Under the pieces are notes generated by a model. That model saw only the letters and a program-made list of their open reading frames with translations. It was not told where the DNA came from and did no database searches. A stretch of 64,000 nt of DNA from Burkholderiales bacterium (GTDB lineage Bacteria > Pseudomonadota > Gammaproteobacteria > Burkholderiales > SG8-39). Both the position numbers and the translations under genes were made by a program. The stretch covers positions 16,221-80,220 of the forward strand of contig DATJYN010000115.1 of the NCBI GenBank assembly GCA_035499575.1, read 5' to 3'. Shown here in pieces: positions 29,350-39,479 of this stretch (within the stretch, counting starts at the first letter, position 1; each line of letters begins with the position of its first letter).

Positions 29350-30308
29350 ACGGCGGAGGCGCCCGGGGCGTGCTCCGCACGCCCTGCGTCCCGGGCTTGC
29401 CGGTCGGCGTGGTAGGACGAGCGGACCAGCGGGCCGACAGCTGCATGGCGAAAGCCCATCGCCCGCGCCTCGCGCTCGAAGCGCGCGAAAGTATCCGGCG
29501 TCACGTAGCGCTCGACCCGGAGGTGGTGTGCTGAAGGCGCGAGGTACTGGCCGATGGTCAACATGGCCACGCCGTGCGCGCGCAGGTCGCGCATCACGGC
29601 GAGGATTTCCTCGTCGGTCTCGCCCAGCCCGACCATCAGCCCGGACTTGGCCGGCACCGAGGGATTGAGTTTGCCGAGCCGGGAGAACAGTTCAAGCGAA
29701 TGCTCGTAGCTGCCGCCCGGCCGCGCCTGCTTGTACAGGCGCGGCACGGTTTCCATGTTGTGGTTCAATACATCCGGCGGCGCCGCCGACAGCAGGTCCA
29801 GCGCGCGCTCCAGGCGGCCGCGGAAATCCGGCACCAGTACCTCGATCGTCGTGCGCGGTGAATGCTCGCGCACTGCGCGGATGCAATCGACGAAGTGCTG
29901 CGCCCCCCCGTCCCTGAGGTCGTCGCGGTCGACGCTGGTGATGACGACGTAGGAGAGGCCCAGCTTCGATACGGTTTCCGAAAGGTGACGCGGTTCCTCA
30001 GGGTCGGGCGCCAGCGGCCGGCCGTGCGCCACGTCGCAGAACGGGCAGCGGCGCGTGCAGATGTCGCCCAGGATCATGAAGGTCGCGGTGCCGTTGCCGA
30101 AGCACTCGGCGATGTTCGGGCAGGATGCTTCCTCGCAGACGGTATGCAGGTGCTGTTCACGCAGAATCCGCTTGATCTCGTGGAAGCGCGAATCCGGCAT
30201 CGGCGCGCGCACGCGAATCCAGTCGGGCTTCGCCAGCTTTTCCTTCGGGAAGAATTTCAGGCGCGCCGTCTTCAGCGCTCCCTTCTCCTTGACGCCGGCT
30301 TCACGCAT
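29346..30308 (-). CDS. lipA: Lipoyl synthase
   Basis: Radical-SAM motif CTRRCPFC plus the N-terminal cluster [12 protein letters not shown]. Start taken at [10 protein letters not shown] (30308), overlapping the lipB end by 8 nt. Confidence 0.93.
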   Translation of the reverse strand: MREAGVKEKGALKTARLKFFPKEKLAKPDWIRVRAPMPDSRFHEIKRILREQHLHTVCEEASCPNIAECFGNGTATFMILGDICTRRCPFCDVAHGRPLAPDPEEPRHLSETVSKLGLSYVVITSVDRDDLRDGGAQHFVDCIRAVREHSPRTTIEVLVPDFRGRLERALDLLSAAPPDVLNHNMETVPRLYKQARPGGSYEHSLELFSRLGKLNPSVPAKSGLMVGLGETDEEILAVMRDLRAHGVAMLTIGQYLAPSAHHLRVERYVTPDTFARFEREARAMGFRHAAVGPLVRSSYHADRQARDAGRAEHAPGASAV

Positions 30309-30933
30309 GGTCGAGCACGCGGTCCAGGTTCCGGGCAAGGATTCCGGCCAGCCGCGCGCCCGCGCTCTGCACCGTGAAGTCGAAACCCAGGTCGCGCGTT
30401 TGCGTCACCCTGAGGCCGGGAAAACCGCAGGGATCGATAGCGTCGAACGGCGCGAGGTCCATGTCGATATTCATCGCCAAGCCGTGGAACGCGCAGCCGC
30501 GGGAAACGCGGATGCCGAGTGCCGCGACCTTGGCGCCTTCGACATAGACGCCAGGCGCGCCTGGCCGGCGTTCGCCGCGGCCGTCGAGCAGGTCGATGAC
30601 CGACTGCTCGAGCAGGGCGACGAACTGCTTTACCTTGATACCGCGCCGGGCCAGATCGACCAGGGTGTAGAGCACCAGCTGGCCTGGGCCATGGTAGGTG
30701 ACTTCGCCCCCGCGCTCGACCTGCACGACCGGAATGCCGTTGCCGAATTTCGGCCCGTGCGCCGCGTTGGCAGCGAGGCCAAGCGTATAGACCGGCGGAT
30801 GTTCCAGGAGCCAGAATTCATCGACAGTGCTTTCATTCCGATTGGCCGTGAATTCGCGCATTTTTTTCAAGGACGATTCATACTGGATTACACCCAGTTG
30901 AACGGTCCGCACCCGCTCCGTCACTTCATGCAT
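30301..30933 (-). CDS. lipB: Octanoyltransferase LipB
   Basis: LipB-like ([26 protein letters not shown]). Start taken at [11 protein letters not shown] (30933), abutting the ybeD stop. Confidence 0.9.
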   Translation of the reverse strand: MHEVTERVRTVQLGVIQYESSLKKMREFTANRNESTVDEFWLLEHPPVYTLGLAANAAHGPKFGNGIPVVQVERGGEVTYHGPGQLVLYTLVDLARRGIKVKQFVALLEQSVIDLLDGRGERRPGAPGVYVEGAKVAALGIRVSRGCAFHGLAMNIDMDLAPFDAIDPCGFPGLRVTQTRDLGFDFTVQSAGARLAGILARNLDRVLDHA

Positions 30934-31220
30934 CACAGCACCATCACTACGGAAGGATGGTCGCAAAGCTCCTGATAGAGCGCGTCGAGTTGCTCGCGGG
31001 AGGTCGCGTTCACGGTGGCGGTCAGGCTGATGTACTTGCCCTCGCGGCTTGGCCGAGTCTCGATGGTCCCGGGCATGAAGTCGGGGGCGTGCCGGGTCAC
31101 GATCTCGATCACCGCCCCGGTGAATCCGGCTTCGCGGCGGCCCATGATCTTGATCGGAAACTCGGTGGGAAATGCCAGCCCCACCGCTTCTTCAAGCGGC
31201 TTGTCTTTCCTTTCCTGCAC
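30933..31220 (-). CDS. ybeD: YbeD/DUF493 family protein
   Basis: 95 aa with FPTEFPIKIMG typical of YbeD, upstream of lipB. The ATG at 31220 overlaps the dat 3' end by 29 nt. An alternative GTG at 31184 would remove the overlap. Confidence 0.78.
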   Translation of the reverse strand: MQERKDKPLEEAVGLAFPTEFPIKIMGRREAGFTGAVIEIVTRHAPDFMPGTIETRPSREGKYISLTATVNATSREQLDALYQELCDHPSVVMVL

Positions 31221-32058
31221 GCATCACTTTCTGCTTGAACTCCTGGTACAGGCCGTGCATCCGGCGAAATACCGGTCCCGGCTTGCCGTCGCCCACCGGC
31301 TTGCCGTCGAGCGCGACGATCGCCAGCACTTCCTTGGACGATGAGGTGACCCAGAGTTCGTCGGCGCCGCGCACCTCCGCCTCGGCGATCGCGCGGAATT
31401 CGAGCGGCAGCCCGGCGCCCTGCGCGAGTTCGGTGATCACGTCGTACGTGATGCCGGGCAGGATCAGGTTGGATTTCGGCGGCGACAGGATCGCGCCGCG
31501 CTTCACGACGAACACGTTCGAGGCCGAGGCTTCCGTGAGCATGCCGCCGCGGAACAGAATGGTTTCGACCGCCCCCGCGTCCGCGGAAATCTGGCGCAGC
31601 AGGCAATTGCCGATCAGCGAAATCGACTTGATGTCGCAATGCTGCCAGCGGTCGTCGACGGCGGTGACTGCCGCTGCGCCGCGCGCGACGAGTTCGGCCG
31701 GCGGCGTGACGAGCGGGTTGGACATGAGGAACACCGTGGGCGCGACGTCCTTCGGAAACGAGTGGTCGCGCTTGGCGACACCGCGCGTAACCTGGAAATA
31801 GACGCCTTGGTCCTCGAAAGCCTGCTTTGCTACAAGCTGCAGGATGATCTCGCGCCATTCCGCGCGGCTGTAGGGATTGCGGATGCGCACCGCAGCGAGG
31901 CTGCGCTCCAGGCGCGCCAGGTGCTCGCCGAGCCGGAAAGGCACGCGCGAATATACCGGCACCAGTTCGTAGACGCCGTCGCCGAAGATGAAGCCGCGGT
32001 CCAGCACGGGAACCCGCGCTTCCTCGATCGGCATGAACTTTCCGTTCAGGAAAACCAT
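31192..32058 (-). CDS. dat: D-amino-acid (D-alanine) aminotransferase, fold-type IV PLP enzyme
   Basis: 288 aa with DRGFIFGDGVYE and fold-type IV organisation. Located next to the DD-carboxypeptidase gene. Confidence 0.87.
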   Translation of the reverse strand: MVFLNGKFMPIEEARVPVLDRGFIFGDGVYELVPVYSRVPFRLGEHLARLERSLAAVRIRNPYSRAEWREIILQLVAKQAFEDQGVYFQVTRGVAKRDHSFPKDVAPTVFLMSNPLVTPPAELVARGAAAVTAVDDRWQHCDIKSISLIGNCLLRQISADAGAVETILFRGGMLTEASASNVFVVKRGAILSPPKSNLILPGITYDVITELAQGAGLPLEFRAIAEAEVRGADELWVTSSSKEVLAIVALDGKPVGDGKPGPVFRRMHGLYQEFKQKVMRAGKERQAA

Positions 32059-32068
32059 GATCTGCTCG

Positions 32069-33193
32069 CTACTTCAGCCAGAGCCTGAGTGTATCCCACG
32101 CCCGGCCGAAAATCCCCGCCGGCGGCACTGCTTCCAGCGCCACCACCGGGTACTCGCCGATCAGCTTGCCGTCAAACGTGACGCGCAGGTTGCCGACGCG
32201 GCCGCCCTCGGCGACCGGTGCCACCAGCGGCGACAGCGACAACAGTTCCGCCTTGAGCTTGTCGCCCTGCCCCTTGGGCACGCTGACGACCAGATCTTCG
32301 CGGAAGCCCGCCTTCAGCTTGGATTTCGCGCCCTTCCAGACCTCGATTTCCTTGACCGCCGCACCGCCCGCGTACAGCCGCACCGCGTCGAAGAACTGGA
32401 AACCCCAGTTCAGCAGTTTCTGCGACTCCTGCGCGCGCGCCGTCTCCGAGGTCGAGCCGAGCAGCACGGAGAGCAGGCGCCGCGGCCCGCGCTTGGAGGA
32501 CGCCACCAGGCAATAGCCCGCGGCCTCCGTGAATCCGGTCTTCATGCCGTCGACCGTGCTGTCGAGCCAGAGCAGGCGGTTGCGGTTCGGTTGAGCGATG
32601 CCGTTATAGCGATACTCCCGCAGCGAGTAGTACTGCCCGTACTGCTCCGGGAAATCGTGGATGAGCGCCGTGGCGAGGGTGTAGAGGTCGCGAGCGCTCG
32701 AGTAGTGCTGCGGGTCGGGCAGGCCCGTAGCATTCATGAACTTGGAATTTTTCATGCCGAAGCGCTCGGCCTCGCGGTTCATCATGCCCACGAACGCCTC
32801 TTCGGAGCCGGCGATGCGCTCCGCGAGCGCGATGCAGGCATCGTTGCCGGATTGCACGATCATGCCGCGGATCAGCTCGTCAACCGTCACCGGCTTTTTC
32901 GGCTCGATGAACATGCGCGAGCCTGGCGCGCGCCAGGCCTTCTCCGAGACGCTGACCTGTTCCTCCAGCGTGATTTTCTTTTCCCTCAGCGCGGTGAATA
33001 CGACGTACGCGGTCATCAGCTTGGTGAGCGACGCGGGCTCGAAGCGCTCGTCCGGCTTTTCGGCGGCGAGGATCTGGCCGCTGGAAACATCCGCCAGCAG
33101 CCAGGCGCGGCCGATGAGCTGCGGCGGCTGCGGCGCCTGGGCCAGCGCGAGCAGCGGAATAAGGAAAATTAGCGAGAGAAAGCGAGGCAGCAT
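32069..33193 (-). CDS. D-alanyl-D-alanine carboxypeptidase (PBP5/6 class)
   Basis: 374 aa with a signal peptide and the motifs SxxK (SLTKLMT), SxN (SGND) and KTG (KTGFT). Confidence 0.92.
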   Translation of the reverse strand: MLPRFLSLIFLIPLLALAQAPQPPQLIGRAWLLADVSSGQILAAEKPDERFEPASLTKLMTAYVVFTALREKKITLEEQVSVSEKAWRAPGSRMFIEPKKPVTVDELIRGMIVQSGNDACIALAERIAGSEEAFVGMMNREAERFGMKNSKFMNATGLPDPQHYSSARDLYTLATALIHDFPEQYGQYYSLREYRYNGIAQPNRNRLLWLDSTVDGMKTGFTEAAGYCLVASSKRGPRRLLSVLLGSTSETARAQESQKLLNWGFQFFDAVRLYAGGAAVKEIEVWKGAKSKLKAGFREDLVVSVPKGQGDKLKAELLSLSPLVAPVAEGGRVGNLRVTFDGKLIGEYPVVALEAVPPAGIFGRAWDTLRLWLK

Positions 33194-33230
33194 CTACAGT
33201 TCGGGGCGAAAGGGCCGCGAATTATAGCGG

Positions 33231-34133
33231 CTACCTGCTTACGACCAACGGCCTGAAGCTGAGTTCCGACTGGATGTGGTCGGCGACCGGCCGTGCTTCG
33301 TCCAGCGAGCGGTACGGACCCAGATGCAGGCGGTAGATAGTCCCCGACGGAACGATCTGGATCGCCTCCGTCAGCCACGCCAGTTCGCGGTAGAGGCGCA
33401 CGCGGAAACTCTCCGCGCCCTCCTGCGAAGAGAACGCGCCGAGCTGCAGATACACGCCCTTAGCCTCGGCCGGTGCTTTCTGCTCGGCTGCCGGCGGCGG
33501 CACTGGCGACGACGGCGGCACGCTCGCCGTGGCAACGGCAGGCGCCGGCTGCCCGGGAAACACGCTTTCCACTTCGACGCGCGCACTACCCGCCTCCACG
33601 TAGCCCAGTTTCCACGCCGCCGTGTAGGAAAGATCGATGACGCGGTCGGAATGGAACGGACCGCGGTCGTTCACCCGCACCACGACGCTGCGCCCGTTGG
33701 CGGTATTGGTGACCCGCACGTAGCTGGGGATCGGCAGCGTCGGATGCGCCGCGGTCATGCCGTACATGTCGTAGATCTCTCCGCTGGACGTTTTCTGGCC
33801 GTGATAGCGCCGCCCGTACCAGCTGGCGACGCCGCTCTGCCTGAAGGGCGCGAGCTGCGTCATCGGCACGTACTCTTTGCCGAGCGCTTGGTAAGGACGG
33901 TTGGCGGCGCGGCTGAGCGGTTCCGCTTTCGGCACTGCGTCCGGAATCGCGGCGAGATTCGCCGGAGCGTTGGCGCCCGGGCCGTCGTCCTTGTAGTAGG
34001 CGCCTTTAGCCGGATGCGCCGAATTCGGTTGCAGCGGACCGGATTGCGGCACTGCAGGCGCCGGTTCTTCGCGCCTGGAAAACATTCCGCAGCCGGACAA
34101 CGTTAACACCAGAACCAGTACCGCAAGCCTCAC
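33231..34133 (-). CDS. rlpA: Septal-ring lytic transglycosylase RlpA (DPBB + SPOR), lipoprotein
   Basis: The GTG start at 34133 overlaps the upstream TGA (GTGA). Lipobox LTLSGC, DPBB core (ASWYG...TSSGE...AAHPTLP...VRVTN) and a C-terminal SPOR-like domain (YLQLGAFSSQEGAE). Confidence 0.87.
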   Translation of the reverse strand: MRLAVLVLVLTLSGCGMFSRREEPAPAVPQSGPLQPNSAHPAKGAYYKDDGPGANAPANLAAIPDAVPKAEPLSRAANRPYQALGKEYVPMTQLAPFRQSGVASWYGRRYHGQKTSSGEIYDMYGMTAAHPTLPIPSYVRVTNTANGRSVVVRVNDRGPFHSDRVIDLSYTAAWKLGYVEAGSARVEVESVFPGQPAPAVATASVPPSSPVPPPAAEQKAPAEAKGVYLQLGAFSSQEGAESFRVRLYRELAWLTEAIQIVPSGTIYRLHLGPYRSLDEARPVADHIQSELSFRPLVVSR

Positions 34134-35392
34134 GCCCGTTCGTACACCACTCTGCCGGCAACGATCGTCGCGCGCACGCACCCGGCGAGTTCGTAACCGA
34201 GGAACGGCGTGTTCTTGCCCTCGCTCTTCAGCGCGGCGGCCTCGACGCGCCAAGCCTGCGCCGGGTCGAAAAGGACCAGATCGGCGGGCGCGCCGGGCTC
34301 GATGCGGCCGGATTGCACGCCAAGAATCCGCGCCGGGTCGCTAGTGACGCGCGCGAGCGTTTTCGCGAGCGGCAGTTTCCTCGCCGCGCCCCATTTCAGT
34401 ACAAGCGGCAGCAGCAGCTCCAGGCCGGTAGCGCCGGGTTCGGCCTCCGCGAACGGCAGCTGCTTCTGGTCTTCGTCCACCGGCGTGTGATCGGACACGG
34501 CGCAGTCGATGGTGCCGTCGGCGAGGCCGGCGGCGAGCGCCTCGCGGTCGCGCTGCGAGCGCAGCGGCGGGTCGAGACGGCAATGCGAATCGTAGTAGCC
34601 GAGGTCCATCTCCGAGAGATGGACGTACTGGATGCCGACGTCGCAGGTCACTGGCAGCTTCTCCTTCTTCGCCGCGCGGATCATGTCGACAGCCGCGGCG
34701 GTGGAGAGCCGGCAGAAGTGCACGCGCGCGCCCGTGGAGCGGGCCAGCTGCAGCATCGTGGCGAGTGCAATGGTTTCGGTGAAGGCCGGGATGCCGGCCA
34801 GGCCGAGCCGGGTCGACACTTCGCCGTCGTGCGCGACGCCCTCGCGTGAAAGCCATTTGTCCTCGGCGCGCAGCCAGATCGGGAAACCGAAGGTGGCCGC
34901 GTACTGCAGCGCGCGCCACAACACCTGGGTGTCGGTGATCGGCACGTTGGCCTGCGAAAAGGCGACGCAGCCGGCGTGTGCCAGCACCGACATCTCGGTC
35001 AGGCGTTCGCCGGCCAGCTTCACGGTCAGCGCGCCCACCGGGTAGACGCGCGCCCGCGACAGCGCCTTCGCCCGCCGCCGCAGCATGTCGACCAGCCCGG
35101 GCTCGTCGAGCGGCGGCGCCGTATCCGGCGGACAGGCGACGCTGGTCACGCCGCCGGCGACGGCAGCATCCATTTCCGTGTCGAGCGTCGCCTTGTAGCC
35201 ATGGCCCGGCTCGCGCAAGCGCGCCGCCAGGTCGATCAGGCCTGGCGCGACGACAAGACCTTTCGCGTCGAGTGTCTGGTCGGCCTTGCCCTTGCCCGAG
35301 GCGATCTTGCCGTCCGCGACGAACACATCGGCGACCTCGTCGCGCCCGCTGCCAGGGTCGACGACGCGACCGCCCTTGATCAGCAGTTTCAC
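34130..35392 (-). CDS. Dihydroorotase-like protein, predicted non-catalytic (PyrC')
   Basis: GTG start at 35392 ([13 protein letters not shown]) overlaps the pyrB TGA. The metal-binding HxH position reads [11 protein letters not shown] instead of the IDxHVHxREPG seen in active enzymes. 420 aa. Confidence 0.85.
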   Translation of the reverse strand: MKLLIKGGRVVDPGSGRDEVADVFVADGKIASGKGKADQTLDAKGLVVAPGLIDLAARLREPGHGYKATLDTEMDAAVAGGVTSVACPPDTAPPLDEPGLVDMLRRRAKALSRARVYPVGALTVKLAGERLTEMSVLAHAGCVAFSQANVPITDTQVLWRALQYAATFGFPIWLRAEDKWLSREGVAHDGEVSTRLGLAGIPAFTETIALATMLQLARSTGARVHFCRLSTAAAVDMIRAAKKEKLPVTCDVGIQYVHLSEMDLGYYDSHCRLDPPLRSQRDREALAAGLADGTIDCAVSDHTPVDEDQKQLPFAEAEPGATGLELLLPLVLKWGAARKLPLAKTLARVTSDPARILGVQSGRIEPGAPADLVLFDPAQAWRVEAAALKSEGKNTPFLGYELAGCVRATIVAGRVVYERA

Positions 35393-36360
35393 GAGTTGCC
35401 CGCCACGATGGACATCACCGCCATGCGCACCGCGATGCCGAAGGTGACCTGCGGCAGGATCACCGAATGCGGGCCGTCGGCGACGGGCGAGTCGATCTCG
35501 ACACCGCGGTTCATCGGCCCGGGGTGCATCACGATCGCATCCCGCCTTGCGAGCGAAAGCTTCTCGGCGGTAAGGCCGTAGTTGCGGAAGAACTCCTGCG
35601 CCGAGGGCAGCAACGGACCGTTCATGCGCTCGTTCTGCAGCCGCAGCATCACCACCACGTCGCATCCCTTGAGGCCCGCGCGCATGTCGTGGAACACGCG
35701 TACGCCCAGCGCTTCGACCCCGGCGGGAATCAGCGTCTGCGGGCCGATCACGCGCACTTCGGGCACGCCCAGCGTGGTGAGGCCGTGGATCAGCGAGCGT
35801 GCGACGCGCGAGTGCAGCACGTCGCCGACGATTGCCACGGTCAGCCGGGTGAAGTCCTTCTTGTAGTGGCGGATGGTATACAGGTCGAGCAACCCCTGTG
35901 TCGGGTGCGCGTGGCGGCCGTCGCCCGCATTGATCACGTGCTCGTGCGGTTTGACGTGGCGCGCAATCAGGTACGGCGCGCCAGAGGAGGCGTGGCGCAC
36001 GACGAATACGTCGGCCTGCATCGCCGAGAGATTGGCCACCGTGTCGAGCAGCGATTCGCCCTTGGTCTGCGAGCTCACCGAGACGTTCAGATTGATGACG
36101 TCCGCCGAGAGCCGCTTGGCGGCGATTTCGAAGGTGGTGCGCGTGCGCGTGGAGGCCTCGAAGAACAGGTTGAACACGCTCTTGCCGCGCATCAGCGGCA
36201 CCTTCTTCACCTCGCGCTCGGTGACGCCGGCGAAGGATTCCGCAGCATCCAGGATCTGCAGCAATATCTCGCGCGGCAAGCCTTCAGTCGAAAGCAGGTG
36301 CTGCAATTCGCCGTTGGCGTTGAGCTGCGGATTGTTCGACACGTTCGACGCTTTAGGCAC
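35389..36360 (-). CDS. pyrB: Aspartate carbamoyltransferase catalytic subunit
   Basis: 323 aa with the carbamoyl-phosphate motif STRTR, plus HPTQ and HPGP. Confidence 0.96.
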   Translation of the reverse strand: MPKASNVSNNPQLNANGELQHLLSTEGLPREILLQILDAAESFAGVTEREVKKVPLMRGKSVFNLFFEASTRTRTTFEIAAKRLSADVINLNVSVSSQTKGESLLDTVANLSAMQADVFVVRHASSGAPYLIARHVKPHEHVINAGDGRHAHPTQGLLDLYTIRHYKKDFTRLTVAIVGDVLHSRVARSLIHGLTTLGVPEVRVIGPQTLIPAGVEALGVRVFHDMRAGLKGCDVVVMLRLQNERMNGPLLPSAQEFFRNYGLTAEKLSLARRDAIVMHPGPMNRGVEIDSPVADGPHSVILPQVTFGIAVRMAVMSIVAGNS

Positions 36361-36862
36361 GTTCGACCTCTTCCAGCTCCAGCGTCAGCTTGCCGTTGGC
36401 GGCACGCTTGAGGCGCAGGCGCTTGCCGGCGGGCACCTCGACCTGCGCACCGGCATACTGCGCGGCGATCGGCAGCTGCCGGCCGCCGCGGTCGGCGAGC
36501 ACCACCAGCGCGATGCTGCGCGGCCTGCCGTAGTCGAACAGCTCGTTCATCGCCGCACGCACGGTGCGCCCGGTATAGAGCACGTCGTCGACCAGCAGCA
36601 GGTCCCTGCCCTCGACCTCGAACGGGATCCTGGTTTTCTTCGGGTCGTGCTTCAGGCCTTCCTTCGCGTAATCGTCGCGGTAGAACGCGATGTCCATGAG
36701 GCCGAGCGGATCTTTCAGCCCGAGCAGCGGGTGCAGGCGTTCGGCCACCCAGGCGCCGCCGGTGTGCAGGCCGATCATCGCGCTAGTCGGCGTGACGCGC
36801 GCCTTCAGCTCGGCAGCGAGCTTCGGCAATAGCGCCTCGGCGTCAGGAAGCTTGCTGGTCAT
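36353..36862 (-). CDS. pyrR: PyrR (pyrimidine regulator / uracil phosphoribosyltransferase)
   Basis: 169 aa with the PRPP-binding motif [13 protein letters not shown]. Confidence 0.9.
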   Translation of the reverse strand: MTSKLPDAEALLPKLAAELKARVTPTSAMIGLHTGGAWVAERLHPLLGLKDPLGLMDIAFYRDDYAKEGLKHDPKKTRIPFEVEGRDLLLVDDVLYTGRTVRAAMNELFDYGRPRSIALVVLADRGGRQLPIAAQYAGAQVEVPAGKRLRLKRAANGKLTLELEEVERA

Positions 36863-37301
36863 TGAAATGCTGTTCCAGGATCAGCTGCGCGGCCTGCGAA
36901 TCGAGCGCCTTGCCGCGTGCCAGCGCCGCCGCCTTGCGCGCGCCGTAGGCCGCGCGCACGCGACTCTCGACTTCGACGGAGCTGTAGCGCTCGTCCACCA
37001 GTTTCACCGGCAGGCCGAAACGGCCGGCCAGCTGGCGCGCGAAGCGCTCGGCCCGGCGCGTCATCTCGCGCGGCGCGCCATCTTCGCCGAGCGGGCGGCC
37101 GACCACCATCAGCGAGGGCTGCCACTCTTTCACAAGTCGTTCGATCGCGGTCATGCGCCCGGGCTGGGTCAGCGCGGAGAGAACGGGCAGCGGGTGCGCA
37201 GCGCCGACTTCGGGCTCGCCGACGGCGACGCCGATTCGCTGCAAACCGAAATCGAACGCGAGCACCGTGCCTGCCGTCGGGCGGCGGGCCTGCTCAGGCA
37301 T
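36843..37301 (-). CDS. ruvX: Holliday-junction-resolvase-like nuclease RuvX/YqgF
   Basis: [18 protein letters not shown]-terminus. Start taken at the internal MPEQARR (37301), which overlaps the yqgE end. Confidence 0.87.
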   Translation of the reverse strand: MPEQARRPTAGTVLAFDFGLQRIGVAVGEPEVGAAHPLPVLSALTQPGRMTAIERLVKEWQPSLMVVGRPLGEDGAPREMTRRAERFARQLAGRFGLPVKLVDERYSSVEVESRVRAAYGARKAAALARGKALDSQAAQLILEQHFNDQQAS

Positions 37302-37866
37302 GTCCCGCCTGGTCGGCGAGCCGCGCATAGTCGAGGCCCAGCAGCTTCATCGCCGCGGGCAGGCGCTCGTCGGGCGGCAGATCGAAGAGGATCGCATCCC
37401 TCGCTTCGACGGTCAGCCATGCGTTCTGCTTGAGTTCGTGCTCGATCTGGCCGGCCGACCAGCCGGCGTAACCGAGCGAGACCAGCATCTTCGACGGGCC
37501 CTCGCCACGCCCAACCGCCTCGAGGATGTCCTTGGAAGTGGTGAGGCCGATGGCGCCGCCTTGTCCCACGGTTACTTTCAGGGTCGCCTGCCACTCGCCG
37601 GCGGGCAGGTGCAGCACGAACCCCCGGTCGGTCTGCACCGGGCCGCCGAAGTAAACCGGCGCGTCGGCGCGGGCGGGATCCTCCATGCTGAGCGAAAGGC
37701 GCTCGAACAACGCCAGCAGGGTCATGTCGATCGGGCGGTTGACCACGATGCCGAGGGCGCCCTGGTCATTGTGCTCGCAGACGTAAGTCAGAGACTTCGA
37801 AAAGTACGGATCGGCCATGTTGGGCATGGCGATCAGGAAGTGATTCGTCAAATTGATCGAAGACAC
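37294..37866 (-). CDS. yqgE: YqgE/AlgH family protein
   Basis: 190 aa with [30 protein letters not shown] and GGPV, typical of the family. Confidence 0.88.
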   Translation of the reverse strand: MSSINLTNHFLIAMPNMADPYFSKSLTYVCEHNDQGALGIVVNRPIDMTLLALFERLSLSMEDPARADAPVYFGGPVQTDRGFVLHLPAGEWQATLKVTVGQGGAIGLTTSKDILEAVGRGEGPSKMLVSLGYAGWSAGQIEHELKQNAWLTVEARDAILFDLPPDERLPAAMKLLGLDYARLADQAGHA

Positions 37867-37961
37867 GCTTGACGTTATTTTACCGCAACGTCCACTCTAC
37901 CGCCCTTATACTCGAGCGCCCTCCGGATTACCTCCCCCACTTCCTTTTCACTCGGCGCGGC

Positions 37962-39476
37962 ATGCGAATCCTAGGCATCATCGGTTACGCCTTCGTGGCG
38001 CTGGTTCTCGGCGCCGGCTGGGCTTTCCTTTACTGGCAGTCGAGCTCGGTGGACCTGCCCGCGGTCGAGGCGGCACGCGGTGCGCTGGCCGAGCTGCGCG
38101 CGATCGACTCCGGCTGGAACCAGCGCCTGGTCGACGCGCGGCTGCATGCGCAACCGCCGCCGCCGCAGCGCTCGCGCTACCGCATCACCTTCAGTGCGCT
38201 CGAAGGCAAAGCCCTGCAACTCGGCGACCCGCGGGTTGGCGGCGAGCTCGTTCAGCTGAAGCGCGCCTTCGACGACAAGGCCGCCCTGGTCGATCGCTAC
38301 ACCGCCGCGCGCGCGGATACGCAAGGCGCCGAAGCAGCGGACGCGATTTTCGAGCAGGCCTGGCTGGCGCCGACCGAGCCGCACCTCGATACGCTGGCGC
38401 GTACCATCAGCCGCAGTTTCGACGACGCGCTCACCGAGTCGGAGCTTTACCGCGTCGGCCTGCTCTACTACTCCGGGTTCCTGCTGACTGTGCTCGCCTT
38501 CCTCGCCTGGAACCTGGACCAGCGCCGGCGCCTGATCGATCGCATCAACGCCCAACTGCGCGTCGCGAATGAAACCCTGGAAGCGCGCGTGCGGGCCCGC
38601 ACACGCGAGCTCAGCGACGCGCTCGCCAGGCTGAAGGAATCGGAGGCGATGCTGATCCAGAGCGAGAAAATGTCCTCGCTCGGCCAGATGGTCGCCGGCA
38701 TCGCGCACGAAGTGAACACGCCGCTCGCCTACGTGAAGTCCAGCCTGGAGGCGGTGCGCAAGAGCGTGCCGCAGGTGGGCAGCATCGCCGCCGAGACCGA
38801 GCGGCTGCTCGCGCTGCTCGCTGCCGAGAATGCCGACGAAACCGCGCTCGCCGCCCAGTTCGCGCTGGTGCGCGCGCTGGTGGAAGAACTGCGCGGCCGA
38901 AACGCCTTGCAGGAACTCGAGCGCATGGTGAAGGACGGCCTGTTCGGCATCGGCCAGATTTCGGAAGTCATCTCCAACCTGAAGAATTTCAGCCGGCTCG
39001 ACCGCAGCAAGATCGCCGACTATGACCTGCACGAAGGCATCGAAAGCGTGATCCGCATCGGCTACGCGCAGTTGCAGAAGCGCACCGTGCGGCGCGAATT
39101 CGGCAAGATCCCGCACGTATCCTGCTCGCCTTCGCAGATCAACCAGGTGATCCTCAACCTGCTGTCCAACGCCGCGCAGGCGACCAAGGACGGCGAAGGC
39201 ACGATCACCGTGCGCACCGGGATGCGAGACGCTGCGCACGTCGCGGTGGAAGTGGCCGACAACGGCCATGGCATCCCGGCCGACGTGCTGCCGAAGATCT
39301 TCGATCCGTTTTTCACCACCAAGGCCGTCGGCAAGGGCACGGGCCTGGGGCTGGCGATCTGCTACAAGATCGTGGAGAACCACGGCGGCAAGCTCGAAGT
39401 CCAGTCCAAGCCCGGCCTTGGCACGCGCTTCATCCTGGTGCTGCCGGTGAATCCTCCCGCGGCGCTCGCGGCCTGA
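37962..39476 (+). CDS. Membrane sensor histidine kinase (no receiver domain)
   Basis: Start at [11 protein letters not shown] (ATG 37962). Two hydrophobic segments flank an approximately 170-aa helical region. H-box [10 protein letters not shown]-box [10 protein letters not shown]-box [10 protein letters not shown]. Confidence 0.88.
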   Translation: MRILGIIGYAFVALVLGAGWAFLYWQSSSVDLPAVEAARGALAELRAIDSGWNQRLVDARLHAQPPPPQRSRYRITFSALEGKALQLGDPRVGGELVQLKRAFDDKAALVDRYTAARADTQGAEAADAIFEQAWLAPTEPHLDTLARTISRSFDDALTESELYRVGLLYYSGFLLTVLAFLAWNLDQRRRLIDRINAQLRVANETLEARVRARTRELSDALARLKESEAMLIQSEKMSSLGQMVAGIAHEVNTPLAYVKSSLEAVRKSVPQVGSIAAETERLLALLAAENADETALAAQFALVRALVEELRGRNALQELERMVKDGLFGIGQISEVISNLKNFSRLDRSKIADYDLHEGIESVIRIGYAQLQKRTVRREFGKIPHVSCSPSQINQVILNLLSNAAQATKDGEGTITVRTGMRDAAHVAVEVADNGHGIPADVLPKIFDPFFTTKAVGKGTGLGLAICYKIVENHGGKLEVQSKPGLGTRFILVLPVNPPAALAA

Positions 39477-39479
39477 CGC

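Noticed and set aside
37869-37912. TTGACG (37869) and TATACT (37907) hexamers upstream of the histidine kinase as a sigma-70 promoter
   Set aside because: The two hexamers are 32 nt apart. The hexamer at the proper 17-nt spacing from TATACT (CGCAAC) is a poor -35. I cannot support a promoter call.
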